Below, in pieces: positions 31,936 through 32,000 of a stretch of DNA of 32,000 bases; the first letter of the stretch is position 1; each line of letters starts with the position of its first letter. Location: positions 36,273 to 68,272 of the forward strand of contig JAOAHC010000001.1 of NCBI GenBank assembly GCA_026415435.1. Direction: 5' to 3'. The DNA comes from Clostridia bacterium. Its GTDB lineage: Bacteria > Bacillota > Clostridia > TANB77 > CAG-465. The position numbers and the translations under genes were made by a program. The notes beneath the pieces are model-generated. The model saw only the letters and a list, made by a program, of their open reading frames with translations. It ran no database searches and was not told where the DNA came from.

Positions 31936-32000
31936 ATGGATTTTGTACATTTACATATGCACACAGAGTACAGTTTACTAGATGGTGCAAATAGGATAGA
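31936..32000 (+). CDS. dnaE: DNA polymerase III alpha subunit (DnaE), N-terminal PHP domain; 5' partial, runs off the window
   Basis: MDFVHLHMHTEYSLLDGANRI is the canonical DnaE PHP-domain start. TAGGTGA RBS. Confidence 0.7.
   Translation, partial: MDFVHLHMHTEYSLLDGANRI

Noticed and set aside
1-32000. Search for tRNA, rRNA, tmRNA, CRISPR arrays, IS elements, integrases and prophage genes
   Set aside because: I saw no T-loop-type GGTTCGAATCC-like motifs in cloverleaf context and no regularly spaced direct repeats. No transposase, recombinase or phage structural motif appears in any ORF. The only repeats found are the cassette duplication and the three related hairpins at 25.4-26.7 kb.

Overview
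This is a visibly AT-rich chromosomal window from an endospore-forming Firmicute, probably Clostridia-like, judged from SpoIIE, ComEC, AddB, a ClpE-type ATPase and a four-subunit POR. Housekeeping content: a porCDAB-type 2-oxoacid:ferredoxin oxidoreductase operon (minus strand), peptide deformylase, a MATE-like membrane protein, ComEC/Rec2, a ClpE-like AAA+ unfoldase, ScpB, AddB, SpoIIE, an alanine/sodium symporter, and the first 21 codons of DnaE. Four accessory regions lie between these. (1) 10.7-13.1 kb holds a decayed WapA/RHS-type polymorphic toxin gene. It has an A6-tract frameshift, an internal deletion that removes almost all YD repeats, and an in-frame TGA inside an unassignable C-terminal toxin domain. 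An intact small membrane ORF, the candidate immunity gene, follows it. (2) 14.0-16.6 kb holds an isolated gene for a large surface protein that combines a prepilin-like N-terminus, Ig-like modules and an ALK/LTK-type glycine-rich domain. About 400 nt upstream sits a perfect consensus promoter, followed by a structured segment and an intrinsic terminator; this could be a riboswitch-like leader or an sRNA of unknown class. (3) 24.9-26.7 kb, between addB and spoIIE, holds a tandem set of monocistronic cassettes for unknown small proteins. They share promoter, leader and palindromic terminator sequences, and one copy is decayed. (4) 19.6-20.8 kb holds a frameshifted AAA/DUF4143 ATPase gene. I recognised no tRNA, rRNA, CRISPR array, transposase or integrase. 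Many transcription units have textbook TTGACA-17-TATAAT promoters and perfect hairpin terminators, readable directly. All protein-family calls rest on motifs recognised by eye; no database search was possible.
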